Origin: a virus | Lineage: Duplodnaviria > Caudoviricetes | Virus record (IMG/VR): IMGVR_UViG_3300037423_000274 | Span: 1 to 30,131 of that record | Direction: 5' to 3' (one strand) | Length of the DNA stretch: 30,131 nucleotides | Shown: in pieces, positions 27,097 to 30,131 of the stretch | How positions within the stretch are numbered: position 1 is the stretch's first letter | Layout: each line of letters opens with the position of its first letter | Notes under the pieces: model-generated | Told to the model about the DNA's origin: nothing | The model's input: only the letters and a program-made list of their open reading frames with translations | The model's database searches: none | Position numbers and translations under genes: made by a program

Positions 27097-27588
27097 TTAT
27101 GCAAGTGGCAGAAAGTTTCTCCGCCCATACTCGCCGTGATGCTCAAGACTGGCACAGTCATATGCAAATGCGGCTGCGACTTCATCATCGAATTTACCGA
27201 GGTAAAGCGGGCCGAAATCAGTTCGTATCCTGGCTCGCCAACCATTCCCCTCGGCCGACACGCCTTTAAATCGTGACGCAGAGGACTGGCTTCTCTTGCC
27301 TTGATTTCTAGCGTTTTGCCTTGAATCGGCGATTCTCAGGTTTGCCTTCCGGTTATCGAGAGAATTGCCGTTGATGTGGTCAACGAGCTGATCATCCTTG
27401 GCGCCGCACACAAGGCGATGCAGAAAGACGATTACCTTCTTCCCATCGCTGTTGGTCTGCCACCGGACATATCGCTTCGTACCAAAACTAATTCTCCATG
27501 CCCTTCCGTCCGTCAGCAGATGTGCGTCTTCTTCGTCAAGAAGAACATCATGGCCGTCAATTATCACCTTCATGATAGTACTCGGCAT
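27097..27588 (-). CDS. HNH-AP2 homing endonuclease (start may be ATG 27573)
   Basis: FLHRLV...VDHINGNSLDNRKANLR...QN.RN (HNH); SRFKGVS...WRARI...YLGKF.DE..AA.AYD (AP2); lower GC. Confidence 0.93.
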   Translation of the reverse strand: MPSTIMKVIIDGHDVLLDEEDAHLLTDGRAWRISFGTKRYVRWQTNSDGKKVIVFLHRLVCGAKDDQLVDHINGNSLDNRKANLRIADSRQNARNQGKRSQSSASRFKGVSAEGNGWRARIRTDFGPLYLGKFDDEVAAAFAYDCASLEHHGEYGRRNFLPLA

Positions 27589-27610
27589 TCGCGATGTGGT
27601 ATGAATTGTT

Positions 27611-27737
27611 TGTGGCGGCCGGTGCTGTTAGTTCCGGCGTGCGGGCCTTCCGAGGAGCGTCCTCTGTGCTAATGCTGCAGCGCTCGACCACTATCCCGCC
27701 TGCTGTTTCGTGCGAGTCAGCCCTCGCATTCGCCACA
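27611..27737 (-). ncRNA. Candidate tRNA-shaped structured RNA (element A)
   Basis: Closing stem TGTGGCG/CGCCACA; AA linker; TGCGAG-GGCTGA-CTCGCA; long arm GCGGG..GAGCG/CGCTC..CCCGC; GCCGG-AACTAACAGCA-CCGGC stacked on the closing stem. Folded by eye. Confidence 0.6.
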
Positions 27738-27812
27738 CGGCTGCTGACCGAAAACGGGAGCTACCCGCCATGTCCAGGCACTGACGGAGCCTGTCGATCA
27801 GCATGCGTGTGG
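27733..27812 (-). ncRNA. Candidate multi-stem structured RNA (element B)
   Basis: CCACACG/CGTGTGG; 2x2 internal loop; TGCTGATCGA/TCGGTCAGCA; hairpins CAGGC/GCCTG and GCGGG/CCCGT. Folded by eye. Confidence 0.55.
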
Positions 27813-27912
27813 TGACTGGTTGCGCACCAGTCAGGCGCCGACGCTCCGCATCAGGCAGCGTTTTGCAATTCAACAGGAAAGATTCAGCGGGGCCGGGCCG
27901 CTGTGCGTCGGA

Positions 27913-28065
27913 TTACCAGCCGCGAAACGTCATTCTCGCCAATGCCTCGCGCGCCATATCGTACGTCACGTCGAGCATTATCGCGACGAACCATGCAGCT
28001 ATCATCAGCAGGCAGACCACGACGAATACCGCGTCGGTGCCGCTTGGCTCTGGCTCTCGCTGCAT
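27913..28065 (-). CDS. Small putative membrane protein
   Basis: 50 aa from ATG 28065; one hydrophobic helix (AVFVVVCLLMIAAWFVAIML); weak SD. Confidence 0.45.
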   Translation of the reverse strand: MQREPEPSGTDAVFVVVCLLMIAAWFVAIMLDVTYDMAREALARMTFRGW

Positions 28066-28088
28066 GTCTGGCTCGCTGATGGGGCTGT

Positions 28089-28126
28089 AAACGACAGAAA
28101 CCCGCTGACCTTTCGGGGCGGGTTTC
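28089..28126 (-). terminator. tR'-like late leader terminator
   Basis: GAAACCCGC...GCGGGTTTC followed by TGTCGTTT, starting about 30 nt after the predicted late transcription start. Confidence 0.7.
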
Positions 28127-28163
28127 GATGAACTAGCGCGCAATATCGACATCTAGCTCAGCC

Positions 28164-28192
28164 ATACTAATATATCTTTTTACGAAAAGCAA
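28164..28192 (-). promoter_or_regulatory. pR'-like late promoter
   Basis: TTGCTT (28192-28187), 17 nt, TAGTAT (28169-28164); AT-rich, directly after the Q-like gene. Confidence 0.7.
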
Positions 28193-28208
28193 CACCAATC
28201 TACGCCGA

Positions 28209-28565
28209 TCAACGAGAATCTATGAAATACCGCTTCACATCCACATTTCGCAGCATTCTAGGTGTTAGGAGCTGCTCGGCCTCGATCAGCACATCAGCCA
28301 GCGGCAGCGAAGGAAACCGCCATACAGTAGCGATGCCATATGCACGGTAGATTGCCCACCGATGTGAGCTTGGCAAATCGCCAACCATCGTATCGACCGC
28401 TTCCCCAGCGCGCATGAATTCCTTGACGTCCTGCGGATGCGCCCAGCCGCCAGCTTCGCGCCTGTCGGTTAGTGTCATCCAGCGCGCCCAAAGCTTCATG
28501 ACGACGACGAAAGGGGAATCGGCTTGCGGAGCTTCTTCCAGTATGGTGTGCTCGATTGCGTTCAT
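28209..28565 (-). CDS. Putative late-gene antiterminator (Q-like)
   Basis: LWARW N-terminal motif and VD.MV.DLP...RWAI...Y pattern; last gene before the promoter-terminator pair. Confidence 0.55.
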   Translation of the reverse strand: MNAIEHTILEEAPQADSPFVVVMKLWARWMTLTDRREAGGWAHPQDVKEFMRAGEAVDTMVGDLPSSHRWAIYRAYGIATVWRFPSLPLADVLIEAEQLLTPRMLRNVDVKRYFIDSR

Positions 28566-29410
28566 GCGTTCTCCGTCGTCGTGGCAGCTGCCGATGTGGC
28601 GGCACCAAGGAAAGTCACACGATAAGTGCCAAACTTGTCGCGGTGCTCCTTCGCGCAGTAGCGACGCATCGCGGATTCGTGCAATTCGCCGGGCAGCATC
28701 TCGATGCTAGTTCCGACGATGCCGCCCTTCCACGAGCCCTTTTCCAGGCCCACCTCGGCACTGAAGCTGATGGACAGCAATCGAGTAACCTGCGGTCGGC
28801 AGAACATGCTCAGCCACCGAAAATACCCCTCTCCACGCCGCCATTCACGCTCCTTAATGCGGGTGCACGCGGTGATTTCCTCGCCATCATGATCGCGGAT
28901 CAGAAATGAAGCGGTCGAGCACAACCTCTTCGCAGCACCTTGGGCGCCATAAGCCTCCATCCCCCTGATGTCCCTGCGCTGACGTTGTTCCCAGAACAAA
29001 TCACCATTGCGGTCATACAGAGAGTAGCGAACATTGCGCCATTGCTTCCACGGCAGGAACCAGAGTTTCGTTTTCGTCGTCACGCTGTCGTGTGTCTGCG
29101 GCCCGTAGTTGATCGAAATATGGCCATCGCTGAAACAGAAGCCGAATTCACGCGGCGAGATTTCGTAGTACCAGTCGCGCCCCATGCGCGCAATCGTCTC
29201 GGCATTCCACATGGCGGTGCACTTGACCTTGTGCGGCTGGATGATGGTCGGCAGCCAGATGCGTACCACCCACCCGAACGCGTTCACGGTCAGCTTGTTG
29301 CGAGGTTCCTCGTCATCGCCGCTACTGAACATCACGCGCAGCGCAGCCCAATCGGAGCGTCCGTAGGTGATGGGGCCGAAACGACGGTCTTGGTCAGTCA
29401 ATCTACTCAC
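28562..29410 (-). CDS. Hypothetical phage protein
   Basis: 282 aa, Trp/Arg-rich; SD AAGGAGG; overlaps both neighbours by 4 nt. Confidence 0.75.
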   Translation of the reverse strand: MSRLTDQDRRFGPITYGRSDWAALRVMFSSGDDEEPRNKLTVNAFGWVVRIWLPTIIQPHKVKCTAMWNAETIARMGRDWYYEISPREFGFCFSDGHISINYGPQTHDSVTTKTKLWFLPWKQWRNVRYSLYDRNGDLFWEQRQRRDIRGMEAYGAQGAAKRLCSTASFLIRDHDGEEITACTRIKEREWRRGEGYFRWLSMFCRPQVTRLLSISFSAEVGLEKGSWKGGIVGTSIEMLPGELHESAMRRYCAKEHRDKFGTYRVTFLGAATSAAATTTENA

Positions 29411-29991
29411 ATTGCCTCCTTGGTATTATTCGATACGCGTTTCCAGAAATCGGCGAGACAGGCCACCTCTTCCACGAACAGCACTGCAGATGTCTTGCCG
29501 TCACGCTGAACCTCGACTGAGCCATCCGACCACAGGCCGCAGCGGATGACAGGCGCCGGCATGGCGGTTGGTGCGCTATCCTCAACCTGGCTGTTCACCA
29601 TGTCGGCGAAGCCTGCGAAGTCGATCTTGTCGACCGGCTTGACGCGCGCGGTGCGCTGCGGTTCCAGCGAGACTACGTTGTCGGCTGGCGGCGGGGCGAA
29701 GACGGGGATGCGATATCCGGGCGCCTCAACCAGCGGCGCGATAGCCGGACCGATCCCAGGCGTCCAATGCTTGCCGAACTTGGTCAGCAGGCCAGCGGCC
29801 ACCGCGCCATCTAGATAATCCGACGGCAATTGATCCTGCTCCAGTTCCATCACCATGTGCAGCTCGGATGATGTCGCCATGCCGCGCGTGCGCACGAATG
29901 CGATTGCGCGCTCGACGCGTGGCAAGCCGGGCGTGATGTCTCTCTCGACCTCGGCCAGCATGGCAAGCCGGGTTGCGTTCTCTTCGTTCAT
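29407..29991 (-). CDS. Hypothetical phage protein (possible N-terminal winged helix)
   Basis: Start moved to ATG 29991 (SD AAGGAG; ATGA overlap with the upstream gene). Confidence 0.7.
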   Translation of the reverse strand: MNEENATRLAMLAEVERDITPGLPRVERAIAFVRTRGMATSSELHMVMELEQDQLPSDYLDGAVAAGLLTKFGKHWTPGIGPAIAPLVEAPGYRIPVFAPPPADNVVSLEPQRTARVKPVDKIDFAGFADMVNSQVEDSAPTAMPAPVIRCGLWSDGSVEVQRDGKTSAVLFVEEVACLADFWKRVSNNTKEAM

Positions 29992-30131
29992 GTTGTCTCC
30001 TTCAGTGTGCGCATCCTGTACATTTCGGCGACGAGAAGCGCGCCAGCCACCGAATTTACGATGTGAACCTGTGCGCCCCAGCTCGCGTGCCATGTTTTCT
30101 GGTCCGGCGTGAGCGCCTGTTTGTTGGGCGG
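29988..30131 (-). CDS. VRR-NUC-like nuclease or Holliday junction resolvase, C-terminal part
   Basis: Not in the ORF track. Manual translation PPNKQALTPDQKTWHASWGAQVHIVNSVAGALLV...; LTPDQ..WH..W...V.S...AL matches the VRR-NUC C-terminus. Confidence 0.75.
   Translation of the reverse strand, partial: PPNKQALTPDQKTWHASWGAQVHIVNSVAGALLVAEMYRMRTLKETT

Larger units (their letters stand above)
1..30131 (-). mobile_element. Temperate siphovirus-like phage or prophage, late region (no boundaries in the window)
   Basis: Ordered packaging, head, neck, tail and lysis genes; no sheath gene recognised; no integrase or att site in view. Confidence 0.93.

Noticed and set aside
27594-27873. ORFs 27691..27873 (-) and 27594..27815 (+)
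   Set aside because: Short, without clear SD or protein-like composition; extensive base pairing explains the region better.
27611-27903. Canonical tRNA genes or a known ribozyme in the late leader
   Set aside because: No GTTCRA T-loop or 7-nt anticodon loop, and no hammerhead or HDV core that I could recognise; kept only as candidate structured RNA.
1-30131. CRISPR array, integrase/att sites, IS elements, contractile sheath
   Set aside because: No regularly spaced repeats and no recombinase, transposase or sheath motifs were seen.

Overview
A 30 kb stretch of a GC-rich temperate tailed phage or prophage with a siphovirus-type layout; a betaproteobacterial host is my inference. Almost everything is on the minus strand. 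Read from right to left, it runs: the end of a VRR-NUC nuclease gene, two hypothetical genes, a Q-like late regulator, and a pR'/tR'-like late promoter and terminator. Next comes a late leader with a densely structured putative non-coding RNA block and HNH genes. The structural genes follow: terS, terL, DUF4055-type portal, scaffold, major capsid, Bbp16-like cement protein, head-tail joining genes, tail tube, a tail chaperone with a -1 frameshift site, tape measure, tail tip and receptor-binding genes, and the start of the lysis module. Three plus-strand insertions interrupt the late operon: a membrane-anchored Mrr-like nuclease, a NUMOD4-HNH endonuclease, and a small protein plus XRE-HTH pair. 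The most unusual signals are (i) a tRNA-shaped, kissing-loop RNA overlapping a second multi-stem RNA in the late leader, (ii) three nearby tail genes sharing a Big_1/invasin-like Ig module, one fused to a cellular-type beta-helix, (iii) two antisense inserts with the same leaderless extended -10 promoter layout, and (iv) three related pentaloop hairpins ahead of the scaffold gene. All family names come from motif recognition by eye; no searches or folding programs were run.
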